Part shown: positions 1 through 14,584 of the stretch, one piece after another
Layout of the letters: each line of letters begins with the position of its first letter
How positions within the stretch are numbered: position 1 is the first letter of the stretch
Assembly: GCA_013239625.1 (NCBI GenBank)
Contig: MU053810.1
Coordinates: 1,187,320-1,251,319 of the forward strand
Length of the DNA stretch: 64,000 nt
Direction of reading: 5' to 3'
DNA from: Lama guanicoe
Lineage: Eukaryota
The notes under the pieces: generated by a model
What the model saw: the letters and a program-made list of their open reading frames with translations, nothing else
The model's database searches: none
Told to the model about the DNA's origin: nothing
Made by a program: the position numbers and the translations under genes

Positions 1-199
1 TCCTACCTGGCAGACGACGAAGATGGGAAAGAAGACAGAGTAAACGTAATGTTGATGTCCCAAGTTGGATCTCTGAACAACTTTTTCTCCTGAACTGTTG
101 TCACCCATGGTGGTTACATTCTATTGTACAACTGGAGCAGGCTAACACTAATGCCATGACCGTGCTGTATTGACCTGCCTCATCATTTCCAAGGCACTT

Positions 200-290
200 T
201 CATTCATTGGTCTAATTTGACAAGATTTACTGATTACCCACAGGGGGCCAGGCACTGTCCTAGGCACTTGGTGATACAAACAATGGTCTT
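200..290 (-). mobile_element. L2 LINE 3' end fragment
   Basis: cattcatt...atttactgattaccca...ccaggcactgtcctaggcact is the typical antisense L2 tail. Confidence 0.55.
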
Positions 291-985
291 TCTAATTAGC
301 TTAACTTTTCTAGGTTTTACTATTATTTTTTCTCTTTTCAGAGAGGGAGACCAAGTGTAGGTGTAGATCCAAGTCATAAAACTAAATATCAGCATAAGCG
401 CAAATCCGTGTGTTCAGAAGCACTGCTCTTTATCTTAAATGCTGTGAAAACATCTTTATGATTGATGTTGCTTTATAGGGAGATTCCTTCTAAGATTCCA
501 AACAACTGACACACACTCATTTTGGAGAAAAAAATCTGTTGGAAAGTTGAATATTACTTGTATATTCATGCTACTGCTTCTAAGGAAGTATCATATATGC
601 ATTTGGCGTCTAAGTGGAGTGCGTGGATGCAGATGGAGCGTATTTCCAATACCCCATCATACATAAGCTCTTACTACCCTAAAAGTTTTGTTTCAGGGTA
701 AAGAATTGAAACCCTCACTTTAACTTTCGGATTTAATTCGCATCCTCGAATGTACTTTACAAGAAATGCTGTATTTTAGGAGACTTGAGGCACTTTGCTA
801 AATCAACAGAATACTGCTTAATTTTTCTTTTCGTGTTGAATGATCCTGTGGGTGATCTATATGCCAGATCCCTGGAGGAGATTTGCAGGGAGAGGTAGGG
901 AGTCCGTCATCTCAAGCTCCTAAGAACACTATGTTTCTCTATGTATTAAAATGAATCTACTCTTACTCCCTTTTAACCTCACTAA

Positions 986-1381
<396 letters not shown>

Positions 1382-1394
1382 TGACAAGTGTGCT

Positions 1395-2480
1395 GGTCCC
1401 CCAGGGCTGCACAACAGAGCGCTGGACACTGGGTGGTGAAGACAACAGGCGTTTATTGTCTCCCAGTTTGGGTGACTAGAAGTCTGAAGTCAAGGTGTCA
1501 GGAGGGCTGGTTCCTTTTAGTGAGGGCTGTGAGGAGAGTCATCTGGTCCACGCCTCTCACCTTGCTTCCGATAGCCTCAGTGACTGCTTGACTTGTATGT
1601 GGTTTTCCTGTGTCTTCCATTGTCTTCCCCCATGCATGCCTGTCTCTGGGTCTAAATTTCCCTTTTTCATTTTATTTATTTATGTTAAAAAATCATGCCT
1701 TTTATTTCATATTATTCCACTTGTTTTACCTTGGTGGTTTTTCCTGTATGTGTATTTCTTATTTAAAAATTTTTTTCATACAATTTTTAAAGATGACACT
1801 CCATTTAGAGTTATTACAGAAAATTGGCACTATTCCCCGTGTTGTACAATGCATCCTTGAGCCTGCCTGATACTCACTGGTTTGTCCCTCCCACCTCTCC
1901 ACTCCTAGATTGCTTTCCCCACTGGTAACCACTGGTTTGTTCTCTGTATCTGTGAGTCTGTTTCTTTTTTGTTACAGTCACTAGTTTGTTGTATTTTTAA
2001 TATTCCATATATAAGTGATATCATACAGTATTTGTCTTTCTCTGTCTGACTTCTTTCACTTAGCATAATGCCCTCCCAAGTCCGCCTATGTTGCTGCAAA
2101 TGGCAAAATTTTGTTCTTTTTTGTGGCCGAGTAGTATTCCATTGTGTGTATGTATATAGATAGGTAGATAGACCACAGCATCTTTATCCATTCCTCTGTT
2201 GATGGACACTTAGTTTGCTTCCATGTCTTGATAATTGTAAATAATAATGCTGTGAATTTTGGAGTACATGTATCTTTTCAAATTATTGTTTTGGGGTGTT
2301 TTTTGGATTAAATTTCCCCTGTTTTAATTAACATAGTCTTATTGGACTAGGGCCCACCCTCATGACATTTATTTAAACTTGATCATCAGTAAAGACCCTG
2401 TTTTCAAATAAAGTCACATTCACAGGGACTGGAATTAGGACTTCCACATATTTTAGGGAACACAATTTAACATATAACAG
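1395..2480 (-). mobile_element. MaLR LTR (MLT1B/C-like), split by an L1 insertion at about 1663-2308
   Basis: The 5' part has tttattgtctcccagttt...ctagaagtctgaagtcaaggtgtcag. The 3' part has ttggactagggcccaccctcatgac...aaagaccctgttttcaaataaagtcacattcacagg...cacaatttaacatataaca. These are diagnostic MLT1 segments. Confidence 0.75.
1663..2308 (-). mobile_element. 5'-truncated L1 (3' UTR plus ORF2 end; L1MA9/artiodactyl-type) nested in the MLT1
   Basis: The antisense ORF 1905..2099 gives MLSERSQTEKDKYCMISLIYGI, the L1 ORF2 C-terminus. Flanked by the direct repeat taaatttccc at 1653-1662 and 2309-2318 (TSD). Confidence 0.85.
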
Positions 2481-2579
2481 TGAATGATCAAAATTTAATA
2501 CTATTTTGGTAATTGTAGATGGATGATACTATACTCTGCCATCAGGTACTGTTCCTAAATGATACACACTTACAATCAA

Positions 2580-2750
2580 TAACCTTGAATTCTGCTAGTC
2601 ATTTGATCATTAGCAAGTCATTTAACTTTCCAGGTTCTCAAATTTCTCATCTTTCCAATGGAAATCATAGAATTTTCTCTGCGCACCAACCAGGGATTAC
2701 AGAGATCAGATGAGGTGGTGTGTATGAAGGGGAAAGCAGTTAGACAGCTG
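2580..2750 (+). mobile_element. MIR SINE fragment
   Basis: gcaagtcatttaactttccaggttctcaaatttctcatctttccaatggaaat is the MIR core. Confidence 0.55.
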
Positions 2751-3394
2751 TAAGGGTGTTTTGCAGATGTAGCTGTAAGATCACCTGTGTGAAAGGTGCT
2801 GGGTATGGTTCATTTTTACATTAAGCTGAGGTCTAGCCTCAGAGTCATCAGTCAAGGGACAAAAGACATTAGCCGAATAAAGGAGGGACCTTGAATTCCT
2901 GGATGCTACAGAGGAGGAAAAAGGTGTCTAAATACTGAAATTTCACAGGCCTATGATCAAACCAAGGTCTCCAAGCCAGACCAACCAAACCAAAGAGAGG
3001 AAGGTCTGAGTCCCATTCAAACTCAGCCTGACATATGTAAAATGTTTAACAAATTTGGATACACAAGCAGAAAACACAATGTCTTTTCTCTTATGCTGTG
3101 TATTAAAATTCTCCACATTTTATTTATGCACTCAGCAGATGACTGCATTTTTGAAAGTATGTCATATTCCTCTGTTCATATTTCATAGGCAATCTTTGCA
3201 TTGTTTTACAATAACTGGGTAGTTTAGGGAGTCCATGGAAATGATTTCTGTAACTAAGTTGTTATTCCATGGCATAAATATCCTGCAGACCAGTTAATCT
3301 GCATACTGTGAAGTACTTCGCTAAAAGCCCAGACAGTTCCGATCATACAAAATGTAATGAAAAAACCCTAACTAAGATGAAACAGTTAAAATAA

Positions 3395-3838
<444 letters not shown>

Positions 3839-4705
3839 TGATAACAGTTAGCCTAAGACACACACAAGTGTCTTCACTCTATTTAAGTATTTCCTTCCCT
3901 GCCCTTCCCAGTAAAAGAAACGAGGTTATCTGTACCTCTGAAAGGAGAGCAGCTATCCATTTTAATTTTATGTGAGCAGTCGTTAAGGGAATTCATATGA
4001 GACATTCTGGTTCTAAGCACACCGTGCAAAGGACTGAACTGCTCAGGAGAATGATCAAGGTATGATTACATAGAACCAATTATTAATGATGACACGGTAA
4101 TGCGTTTTCTTACCGTGGATTAATTGGATGTTTCTATCATGGCTTTAATTTAGTTTAACAAAGTGACAGTTTTCGGGGAGCAAAATAACAAAGTATATAT
4201 TAATATTAATGAGACTTGGTTCATATACCTTTACTCTTTGGCAAGTTACAACAGCAGCAAAAAGGAGAGAAGTGTGTGTGTGTATGTGTGCATGCACGTG
4301 CGAACAGTGTGCGTTCATTTCAGGAATCTTGTTAGAATTCCAAGAGAGCTTACTCTAAAAAGATGCTCTAGAGGCCACTGCTGTTTTATCACACTTGAGC
4401 TTTGGTGAAGTGTCCCAGCACAGATGGAAAATGCCTGACCAGATACCAAAGGCCTCAGATGTCTGAATCGCTAATGGCTGCATCAGCCGTGTTTCCTCTG
4501 AAACCTGAGTTAACTTTATAATTTAGGACTCTTCCATAATACTGCAGAAAAGCCCCCCCCCAATAAAATAACAGGAAGCAATTACCACAGGGATTTATTC
4601 TTATATTTAAATATGGAAACTTACTGAATTCGAATGCTAAAAGTTCTAATGAAAGTATTTTGCCAGTCTGCTATTGAATGTGATGCTGGATTATATGATG
4701 TGTAC

Positions 4706-5082
4706 TGTTAAATCACAAAGGTTCAACTGAGTCAATGTAAACATCAAACTGACTTTATTGAATGATTCGTGAATTGAGTGGCACCCCATCTAGCAAGTAG
4801 AAAGGAGCTCCGCAGGGTTGTGGGAAAGGAGAGGGTTCTAAGCCAGAAAGGGGGCAGAGAAAGGAAATTATTAGCAAAGAACACATTGTTTCAGAGGAGG
4901 TGGCCCTCCTGAGGCGGATAGAAGGGTTCTATTGGGCGGGTTACGTCACCACCGCTGACCAGTTAGGATTACATTCCTGAGGGAGGCGGAAACTGCAGTT
5001 TGATTAGGTGTTAAATCTCGGTTTCCTGCCATGGGGCCTTAGCACAAGTGACTCCATTTTGAGCCTGATGTCTCTTTTTTCA
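4706..5082 (-). mobile_element. Old ERV1 (MER4-group, MER67/MER101-like) LTR
   Basis: Begins tgtta, has an antisense poly(A) signal (ctttattg), and ends ttagcacaagtgactccattttgagcctg...ca, the reverse complement of the caaaatggagtcac start of this LTR group. Confidence 0.6.
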
Positions 5083-5903
5083 AAAAGAAGGATTTGGTAC
5101 ACTGGATTTTGCTTTTATTATTATCTTCACTCATACTTACACTTCACCTCTCTTACATTATAGTAAGAAACTTTACATTATTACTATTCTGAGGTGTAAG
5201 TCTTCCTATAAAGTCAGGTTGAAGTCCCGTGGTTCCTCCAGTTGATTCTTAGGGACACTTAATGACATTTTAAAACCAGTCTTCCTATTGTATTAAAAAA
5301 ATAACTTATGTAAAAATACCTGCCTATTATTGTTTAGTGACATTTGTTACAAAGGAGAGAAGATTTTCTTAATATATATTGATTCTATATTCACAAATTT
5401 TAGGGCAATTGTTTCATTTTGGTAATTAACATGATACATATTTTTGATCGTCATTACAAAATACTTCTTAGGTATCTCTGTCTGTGGAACCAACCTGGAT
5501 TTTACTCTGCTTATTAGTTGGACATTGTCCTAGGCAGATGCCAAACACAATAGGGGCAAGAATGCTGCTTTTTCTTTCTTCCTTTCCTCCTCATCTTTTA
5601 AAATGTTCCCAGTTTGTGTGTGTGCGCCCCCCCCCCCAGCCCAGTCTCCCTTGCCTTTTCTCAGGAATGCCTCCTTCTGTGTTCCCATTTTTTCCCTTCA
5701 TACCAAGTCCAACACAAGCTGGTAGATTCAGCCTTTCATAAAACTTGCCTTGACCACTTCTGCCTACCATGATTATTTCTCTTCTGAGTGTCCCTCCCAG
5801 CTTCAGAAATTCTTCCTGCTTACTAGCTGTTCATTTATATTTATTCCATTTCAGTAGATCAATTATAAAGTCTTGAAGGCAAAGCCTTGAGCCTTTAGTG
5901 TTT

Positions 5904-6995
5904 AAAAAAAATTTTTTTATTAAGTTAACTTTACAGTGTTGTGTCAATTTTCAGTGTAGAGCACAATTTTTCAGTTATACATGAACATAATATAGTCATT
6001 ATTTTTCACCGTGAGCTAACACAAGATCTTATATGTATTTCCCTGTGCTATACGGTACAATCTTGTTTATCTATTCTTTATATGCCTGTCAGTATCTACA
6101 AATTTCGAACTCCCAGTCTGTCCCTTCCCACCCCCCACCCCCTTGGCAACCACAAGTTTGTATTCTATGTCTATGAGTCTGTTTCTATTCTGTATTTACG
6201 TTCTTTTTTTTGTTTTTTGTTTTTTTTAGATTCCACATATGAACGATCTCATATCGTATTTTTCTTTCTCTTTCTGGCTTACTTCACTTACAATGACATT
6301 CTCTAGGGACTTCCATGTTGCTGCAAATGGTGTTATGTTGTCATTTTTGGTGGCTGAATAGTATTCCATTGTGTATATTCCACTTCTTCTTCATCCAGTC
6401 ATCTGTCGATGGATATTTAGGCTGTTCCCATGTCTTGGCTATTTAATTAGTACTTCTATGAACACTGGGGTGCAGGTGTCTTTTAGAAGTAGGGTTCCTT
6501 CTGGATATATGCACTGGAGCAGGATTCCTGGGTCATATGGTGAGTCTATTCCTAGTCTTTTGAGTAATCTCCATACTGTTTTCCACAGTGGCTGCACCAA
6601 ACTGCATCCCCACCAGCAGTATAGGAGGGTTCCCTTCTCTCCACAGCCTCTCTAGCATTTGTCATTTGTGGACTTTTGAATGGTGGCCTTTCTGACTTGT
6701 GTGAGGTGATGCCTCACTGTAGTTTTGATTTGCATTTCTCTGATAATTAGTGATATTGAGCATGTTTTCACGTGCCTATTGATCATTTGTATTTCTTCCT
6801 TGGAGAATTGCTTGTTTAGGTCTTCTGCCCATTTTTGGATTGGGTTGTTTGTTTTTTCTTATTAAGTCATATGAGCTGCTTAATATATTCTGGAGATCAA
6901 GCCTTTGTCAGTTTCATCTGTTGCAAAAATTTTCTCCCATTCTGTAGGTTGTCATTTTGTTTTGCTTATGGTTTCCTTTGCTGTGCAAAAGCTTG
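5904..6995 (-). mobile_element. Young 5'-truncated L1 (about 1.1 kb, ORF2 3' end plus 3' UTR), camelid-type
   Basis: Highly similar, as reverse complement, to 55675-56645. TSD cttgagcctttagt at 5886-5899 and 6992-7005 (extends to 18 bp with 1 mismatch). The T-rich tail is at the left end. Confidence 0.92.
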
Positions 6996-7259
6996 AGCCT
7001 TTAGTCTTTTGTGTCTCCCTCAGCTCTTCAGAGAAGGGACTGCTGGATGGAGGGATTGCAAGAAAGGAGTTGTGCCCTCCCAGAGCCCATGGCTGGGCTC
7101 AGGACAACTCTTGTTTGCAACAATCTTTGCAAAGGGAAGGCTGTTATGCATTACATACAGGACATTCAAGTCCAATCTGGAGAATTTGTAATCTAAGTCT
7201 GAAATGTATACATGCAATCAGATGCAAGACATGCGACCACTGAGAAATAGTGACAAAGT

Positions 7260-7408
7260 AGTTTTTTTTTTAATTAAAGAACAGACAGTTTACAACGTGT
7301 CAATTTCTGGTGTACAGCATAATGCTTCAGTGACACATATATTTGTTTTCATATTCTTTTTTTATCATAAGTTACTACAAGATACCGAATATAGTTCCCT
7401 GTGCTATA
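7260..7408 (-). mobile_element. Short L1 3' UTR fragment
   Basis: Poly-T followed by ttacaacgtgtcaatttctggtgtacagcat...atatagttccctgtgctata. Possible short TSD tagtttt at 7259-7265 and 7407-7413. Confidence 0.75.
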
Positions 7409-7762
7409 GTTTTAAAGGGTATTTTTGATAACAGATCACAAGCACAATAATATACACTCAGCATTACATTTATTGAACATCAAGACATAATATTTTATGT
7501 AATTCTTAGCACAACTCTGAGTTATGTAAAGTGAGCCCTGTATTATTAAAGGGGGATAAAGGAGTCTTACAGAAATAATCTAACCATCCTAGAGCCACAT
7601 AATCAGTGAGTGACAGATGGGACTTTGAATCTAAGTATGTTTACATCCTAAACTCATGTGTTCATTCCTCACCTCCACCCCCACCGTATTCCTCACTGAT
7701 AAGAATGAATCTTCCACTCTTCGTAATGAAATGGAGAGATTCTGTTTTACTGGGAGCCATAT

Positions 7763-7767
<5 letters not shown>

Positions 7768-7797
<30 letters not shown>

Positions 7798-8015
7798 TTT
7801 TTTATTGATTTATAATCATTTTACAATGTTGTGTCAAATTCCAGTGTCCAGCACAATTTTTCAGTCATTCATGGACATATACACTCTCATTGTCACATTT
7901 TTTTCTCTGTGATTTATCATAACATTTTGTGTATATTTCCGTGTGCTATACAGTGTAATCTTGTTTATCTATTCTACAATTTTGAAATCCCAGTCTATCC
8001 CTTCCCACCCTCTAC
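7768..8015 (-). mobile_element. Young, heavily 5'-truncated L1 (about 250 bp 3' UTR) with a (TAAA)n tail
   Basis: (ttta)n tail followed by tttattgatttataatcattttacaatgttgtgtcaaattccagtg. Perfect 11-bp TSD ccatatttatt at 7757-7767 and 8016-8026. Confidence 0.9.
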
Positions 8016-8896
8016 CCATATTTATTGCATGGCTTTTTTTTTTCCCCTAAGGAAAACAAAATGAATAATAATTCTTATAATGGATATGCAGGATTCTTAA
8101 ACTACCCTGTATTAAAGGAGTAAATTCAGGAAGCCACAACAAAGCACAGCTCCTGCTTTAGGAAACACTCAGTAAAGAGCAATAACTATTTTACATATTG
8201 TATATATTATATTTTTCTTCTATGTTCCTTGCTTTCAGTCACAGGAAGACTCCTTTTCACCAAAGAGATGTCATTGACTCAAATGTAATCTGTGTGTCTT
8301 AAAGTGATGAGTGAATTATAAGAAGATGGAAAAACTGGTTTATTGCAAAATTAATCTTAATCTTTTTCTTTCCTTTGAAGTCCGCTGCAGTTATAAATGT
8401 AGAACACACACAGCAAAATGAAGCAGCTAAACTTGTTCAAGATAAATTACCTCTTAAAGTACAGGAAGTTCTTTGTTTTTTTATTTTTTTAATGAGAAGG
8501 AAGACTCTGCCAGGTAGAAGGGTTACGAGCGATCCCTCACTGCTTGGCCACGACACTTTGTGAGTGGGATCCAGTCCATGGGGATTAGCTGTGATGCTGC
8601 TACCTTCATTTAATGGGTGAGTCAGCCAAAACTCAGATGTACTAAATAGGAAGTCCAGGGTTATAAGTAACTGGATGAGCTAGGACTTGAACTCAGGTAA
8701 TAAAAAAAAATTAAGATTAGCAAGTTAAACCACCTGTTTGCTTTCTGTCTTTCTATGCAGGAAGAGTGAAAGCTGACAATCTAAATTAAAACACGAGTCA
8801 TGTCTTTTTCTGAATATAGTAACAATTCATTTTAAAAATGGTATGTTCTTGATAACATCTATTATTTTTACCTACCTTTTAACTCATTTACATTTA

Positions 8897-9043
8897 GTTT
8901 TTAATTTCTTTTTTCATTTTTCATTTTAATGTTTTGGAGGGAAGGTTATTTTATTTATTTATTTTTAGAGGAGGTACTGGGGATTGAACCCAGAACCTCA
9001 TGCATGCTAAGCATGCTCTCTACCCTTGAGCTATACCCTCCCC
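8897..9043 (-). mobile_element. tRNA-derived SINE, camelid vic-1 type
   Basis: The minus strand reads ggggagggtatagctcaagggtagagagcatgcttagcatgcatgaggttctgggttcaatccccagtacctcc plus an AT-rich tail. Pol III A box (tagctcaagggt) and B box (gttcaatcc) are present. Confidence 0.85.
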
Positions 9044-10972
9044 TCTCTCAGATTTAAATGTATTGCTTTTCAAACCATGTATGATTTAAAACAAAATATG
9101 AAATAGGGGCTCAGGGGTAGAGTAAAAGTTCTACAACAGAAAAGTTAACTTGTTTTTATAAATCCATTTAATTTAACATATTTTTCTGGTCACTTATTTT
9201 CTGATGGGGTTAATGATGAGTAACATCATTTAATACATCCATTAAATGGATGAGTAAACATTCATTTAATACATTAAAAAGAAATTGGGAGTAGTTTTAA
9301 AATTTACTTGTGTTTGATCATTTGTTTTCATAGGTAAAGAGTCTTTCTAGCCTCATCAGGAAACAAAAGAACTTTGCATCATTTCTGGGTGAAAATAAAA
9401 GCAGGAACACCTGCTACCTGAAGGCCATTATCCTATTTTGGAACTACTCCATCTGTAATCAGCTGTTGATACTTTAATTGAGATGACTGCGTGCTGTAGG
9501 GAATTTGAATCTACTTGCCTGAAGGCATTCAGGACTACCCATTACGCTATCATGATAGAAAACATAATGTATTCAAGCCAGAGGTGGAGAAAAACAATGC
9601 ATTTCAGGAGAGCCCTCCTGATTATAGCAACCCAGTTGTGCTGAAAAACTGTAATTAAATTAGTTTCTTGCTTTATTTGGCTTAGTGATTCAAAGAATTG
9701 TAGAGATGGTGGATTCTTTTGAAAAATGTTTAATTTAAACTTTGTTTTGCAGATGAACTAAGATTATCAGGGTTGTACTTCTTGTCCCAGCTTACATGAT
9801 ACTTTAAGAAAAAAGTTAAGACGTGAATCTTTCCTGGCTTTAAATTCAGAGCTCTTACATGCTTGACTCCCTGGAAGTTCTACCTAAAGGTCGTATTCAA
9901 TATGGAAATACAGATTTTGTTCCATAGGTAGTGTAGAATGTCAGATTAACAAGTGAAAGGCCACATTCCTTTGCCTACTTAGAAGACTGGCAGGGCTGGG
10001 TCTGTTTTTACCCTCAGTCTAGGGAACAGTGAGCCTCCGTTGTGGGTCAGGGTCAAGTGACAAGAGTGAATCTTCTCCATCCTTCCTCACCCCCCACTCC
10101 CTCACCCCCGGCGCACCCACCACAGTGCTGCTGTGGGGTGTGTACCGCTTGTTGCTAATACCAGTGTGCCTAAGAGCGTGTCAGATTTTTGTGTTTCAAT
10201 GTGTTTTGATCTCTTTATCCTCCTGAATATCTGCTGCTGTTTTAGTCACATTGTTGGGATTGTAGTCATTATTTCCGAGAAAAGGATGCAGAGAATATGG
10301 GTAGAGAGGATACAGAGCAGCTGGATATAGAAAGTTGATTTTTCAAAGACTGTCAGTGGATTTCGGGCTGTAAATCTCATTAAACTAAACTTTAGTACCA
10401 GAACTTTATTTGCTGTTCTGGAATTGTTTCAGCCCCGTGAACAACTCAGTCTGCATAGTTTCGGCACTGTTGTACTACTGACCTTGACCAAATCAAGGGA
10501 CCAGTGTGGATCTCTGCATTTCAAGCCATAGCCACGCAACATGCTGACACACCCAGAGTTACTATTAAATTAGTTGCCACATGATCACAATGCGCTGATT
10601 TATGTACAATAGATGTTCCTTTTTAACCATCCTGGAGAACGTGACCATGTTTGTTCCCGGGGTATTTTTGAATAAGTGAGACTTTTTTTAAACTTTTTGC
10701 TTCTTTAGTCACATCCTTTACCCATTTCAGGTTCCTCTACTGCTACCCACTGGGGCTTGAGGCAGCCGGTGGGGTCTGTCTGTTAAGGTTTCTATTAAGA
10801 TGCTAACTAACAGCTTAGTTTGATGGACCCCAGGAGTTTGGCTTTTCAGGCAACTCTTACGACCCTAAAGAACATTCTTCTCACTCCTGTTGCTCTTTTA
10901 CTTCCATCTCTGCCCTCACTGCTGCTGCTACTCTTGTGATCAGCCTCTTGTTATTGGCCAATTTCTCTTTTC

Positions 10973-11484
10973 TTTTTTTTAATGTAAGTATTGTTGATAT
11001 ACAGAGTTGTATGTTTCAGGTGTACAACATAGTGATTCAATATTTTTATAGACTATACTCCATTTAAAGTTATTATAAAATATTTGTTATATTCCCTGAG
11101 CTGTATGTTACATCCTTGTGTCTTACATATTTTACACCTGGTACCTTGTACCTCTTAATCCTCTTTTCCTATTTTCCCGTCCCTCCACCCTTCTCCCTGC
11201 TGGTAACCACTAGTTTTGTTCTCTGTATCTATTAATCTGTTTCTGTTTTATTATATTTATTTGTTTTTATTTTTCAGATTCTACGTGTAAGTGAAAACAT
11301 ACAGTATTTGTCTTTCTCTACTTCACTAAGCGTAATACTCTCCAGGTTGATCCATATTGTTGCAAATGGTGAAATTTCATTCTATTTTTTTTGGCTGAGT
11401 AATATTCCATTGCATATATATAGTGTGTCTTATTTATCCATTCGTCTGTTGATAGACACTTAGGTGGCTTCCGTATCTTGGCTT
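10973..11484 (-). mobile_element. 5'-truncated L1 (L1MA9-like 3' end)
   Basis: Poly-T followed by typical L1MA 3' UTR (tttcaggtgtacaacatagtgattca...ggtaaccactagttttgttctctgtatc). Perfect 12-bp TSD atttctcttttc at 10961-10972 and 11485-11496. Confidence 0.88.
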
Positions 11485-11496
11485 ATTTCTCTTTTC

Positions 11497-11680
11497 ATGC
11501 AATGTCCTAAGTCTTTTACACCTATTAACTCACTTAATCTTCAGAGTAAATTTGCAAGGTTGATATTACATCCTGATTTAACAGAACATGAAATTGAGAC
11601 CGAGGTCACATAAAGAGTCAGCAGTATTGTCAGGATTAAAGCCAATTCTAACCTCAAAATCCATAATCTAAACCACTTCA
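11497..11680 (-). mobile_element. MIR SINE fragment
   Basis: attaactcacttaatcttc...aacagaacatgaaattgagac...aggtcaca is an antisense MIR pattern. Confidence 0.55.
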
Positions 11681-12241
11681 TTCAACTCCTGCTGTCAGAA
11701 TGTAAAACCTTCTCATACCCAGAAGACCGAGATATTCCTGTTCATCAAAGTTTTCCAGTGGCTCTGAGATCATACAAATTAGAGATTTCCATGTCTGCAT
11801 ATTGATAAATCCACAGGCCTGCCCCACACAAGTTAGAGAAGGGAGGGGATTGTTTTGTGTTCAGCAACTTCTGCAGCTTTATTTTCCAAATGCTTGTCAA
11901 CATCTAGTCACAGTAACCATGTTTATCTCAATCAGTCTACAGCATATCTGATATAATTAAAGATTTCAAAATCGTATTTAATAGCTGCATTTTAAAATTG
12001 GTAAGGAGTGAACAAATTAGAAGCGATGCAATTTGATTTTTATAAGAACAAAACCAGTTAAGTGAAATCTCTTAATTGCATTTTTATTCAAAGATGAAAT
12101 CTTGGAGACATCTCTTCTTTCAGAATCTTCCTCTTTCTTTGTCTCTTTCTCTGCTTTCTAGTGTGATCAAACTTGGCAACCATTTTTTTCCTCTTTGAAA
12201 ATGGTGACACTCTAAATTAAAAGCAGAATTCTTCAAGATCA

Positions 12242-12705
12242 CAGGTTCTTAATTAAGTGTGTGTGCATGTGCTGGTGTGTGTCACAGACCCCTTTGGCAG
12301 ACTGTTGAACTTCTAAATTACTTCTCAGAATACTGTTGTAACTATAGAAGATAAAATACTAGAGTTACAAAGGAAAAAAATTAACAATACCAATTACTAA
12401 AATATTTTGTGTTTAATCTGAAATTGTGACTTAGTAAACTTGTGTTAAATGACAAAATCTAGTGGAGAGTGGAATAACTACTATTATTTCAAAGGGTTGA
12501 TAAGCATAAGTGATATTTTTGGGATATTCACAGCACTGTAATGTGATATTGATGAGAGGGTCACAGGTACTATGATTTGTTGCCTGTGTTCACAGCTAAA
12601 GAAAATGCCAAATTACAGTTGAAGTTAGAGCAAAGTTACACTTCTCTACTCATGTTCCAACCCTCTTGAAAACCAGCATTTTGTGTATAAGGGGCCCTGA
12701 GAATT
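12242..12705. mobile_element. hAT-Charlie DNA transposon relic (MER119-like)
   Basis: gacccctttggcagactgttgaac...cttctcagaatactgtt...ttacaaaggaaa...aaaatctagtgg...actgtaatgtgatat...gtcacaggtact follows the MER119 consensus order as I recall it. Confidence 0.7.
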
Positions 12706-13126
12706 TTTAATTTTATAAAGGTATCTATCTTACGTGTTCGGTGTTTACATTTATTTATTGTTAAGAAAAATCAACCTACTTTATCTGAGGAGGAAGTCTT
12801 TACGCAGAAGACAACTCCAGTTCCCCGTGATGGAAACATAGGTGCTGAAGATAACATTCAGCCTGAACCTGGCGCCGAGCAGAATAAGTAAAGGGGCTTG
12901 GGAGCTGCCGCAGCCCAGGGCTATTTCAGCCCCTGGATGACAGGCTTGCAGCCCGAGTCAGCAGCTTCCAGACTGACGGCTAGCGGGTTCAAATACTGAG
13001 GAATGTTTTTTCACATGTCATAAATAGTCACAGCTATTGGCTTTTTATGTCATGTAAGATCCGGGAGATGGCAGAGAAGAAAAGTGATATTGTAACACAC
13101 CTCATTTTTAAATTTCACTTTAATTT

Positions 13127-13251
13127 AAAAAAATTTTTAAATTACATATATTTTTTGATTGAGAGGTAATTAGACTTGTATTTATCTTTAATGGTGTTAC
13201 TGGGGATTGAACCCAGGACACACACTCTGTAACTAAGCAGTACCCTCCCCC
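13127..13251 (-). mobile_element. Second vic-1-type tRNA-derived SINE, internally deleted
   Basis: tactggggattgaacccaggac...taccctcccc, with the tail segment gaggtaattag. Candidate TSD actttaattt at 13117-13126 and 13254-13263. Confidence 0.75.
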
Positions 13252-14584
13252 TTACTTTAATTTTTAAATTAATTTTAATCTAAGATATTATTGGCCAGTC
13301 ACTTCTTGTGGTTACTTTTCATCTGTGAGCAGAAAGTCAGAGGCAATAGACTGACTGCTCTGTGTGGGAATCCTGGGGGCCAGTTAATTTCCTTTCAGCT
13401 TTTGCTTACTTCCTGATAATATTTGTATTTTAATTGTTTCAAACCAATGTATTGTGGCAAAACATTCCTTTTTTTCTTTCATTTTATTTTGGGGGACATT
13501 GCCTGAACATATCAAAATAGTCTTCAGTGCATGAGAGTAACTCTTTCTGGAACTCAAAAGTTCTCCTCAACCAATCGTTAACGCCCTCTCTGTTAATTTT
13601 CTCTGGAGTTTGCAACACGCTTCTACCAAAATAAGTTAGAATTGCTTATCTGTGGGCTGGTTGTTCCAAGTGAACCACCTCCCTGACTCAGAAGCTGCTA
13701 CAAAGTAGGCGATACTTTGGTTTTTTTTAAAACTAATTATAGATTGGAGAGTTGGAGTAGGAAAAAACCCCTCTAATTGACCTTCTTATGTATTATCAAA
13801 ACAAAGTCCTAATAATGTTAGTAATCTTTTCTCTGTAAGAGGTGAATATATAACACATTCCTATTTGTAGTCTTTGGTGAATTTTAGTTAAAACAAGTGT
13901 TTAAAACCTGTTTTTCTAACAGTGAAGAAATACTGAGATTTAAGATACATTTTCCAGATTGGAGCATCTCTGCACACCTTGTAAAGCAATCAGGGATATT
14001 TTCTAATCATCTGTGAATTGAGTCAGCAGAGCTCTGTGGCAGATTCTGCTGTGACCCTACCTCTGTAGGTAGCATTAGTGGGAGACATAAATAAAAAAAA
14101 GCTGACGAGTTTAGATCTACTATGTCCTAACTTAGACTGTTTATTGCTAACTTTGAATCCCTCTAGTTGAGGACTACAGCCTTTCTTTACAAGCTCAATT
14201 CCAACTCTTTTACTTCTTGCTTCCATTCATGCATTCAAACAAATCTTCAGTGAGCTTCTACTAAATATCTTCCTTGCTGTCATGGAACTTGTGAGTTTAG
14301 AGTGGACTTAGCTGCTTGTAAAAAGCAGCAGGGTGGTACTCAGCCGGTCAGAAACAGTCGGAGCTCTCCCACTAAAACTGAGTGTTCTTTGGTATTTAAT
14401 TATATCCTCTTTTGAAATTATCCTCTTTCTGAGGAGATGAGTTTTGACTTCCTGGGCTGCATTCTTGGAACAGGAACCTCTCTGAGGTTCATGAGCTGGG
14501 TCCTAACTGAGCGGCCTGCGTTCACATACCACTGAGCCTTTGTCTCCTGGCCCCACCGCATTGCACACTGACTGTAAACTTCTA

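Noticed and set aside
8968..9043. tRNA gene
   Set aside because: It has A and B boxes but is followed by a SINE-type AT-rich tail and has a degenerate second copy at about 13.2 kb, so it is a SINE.
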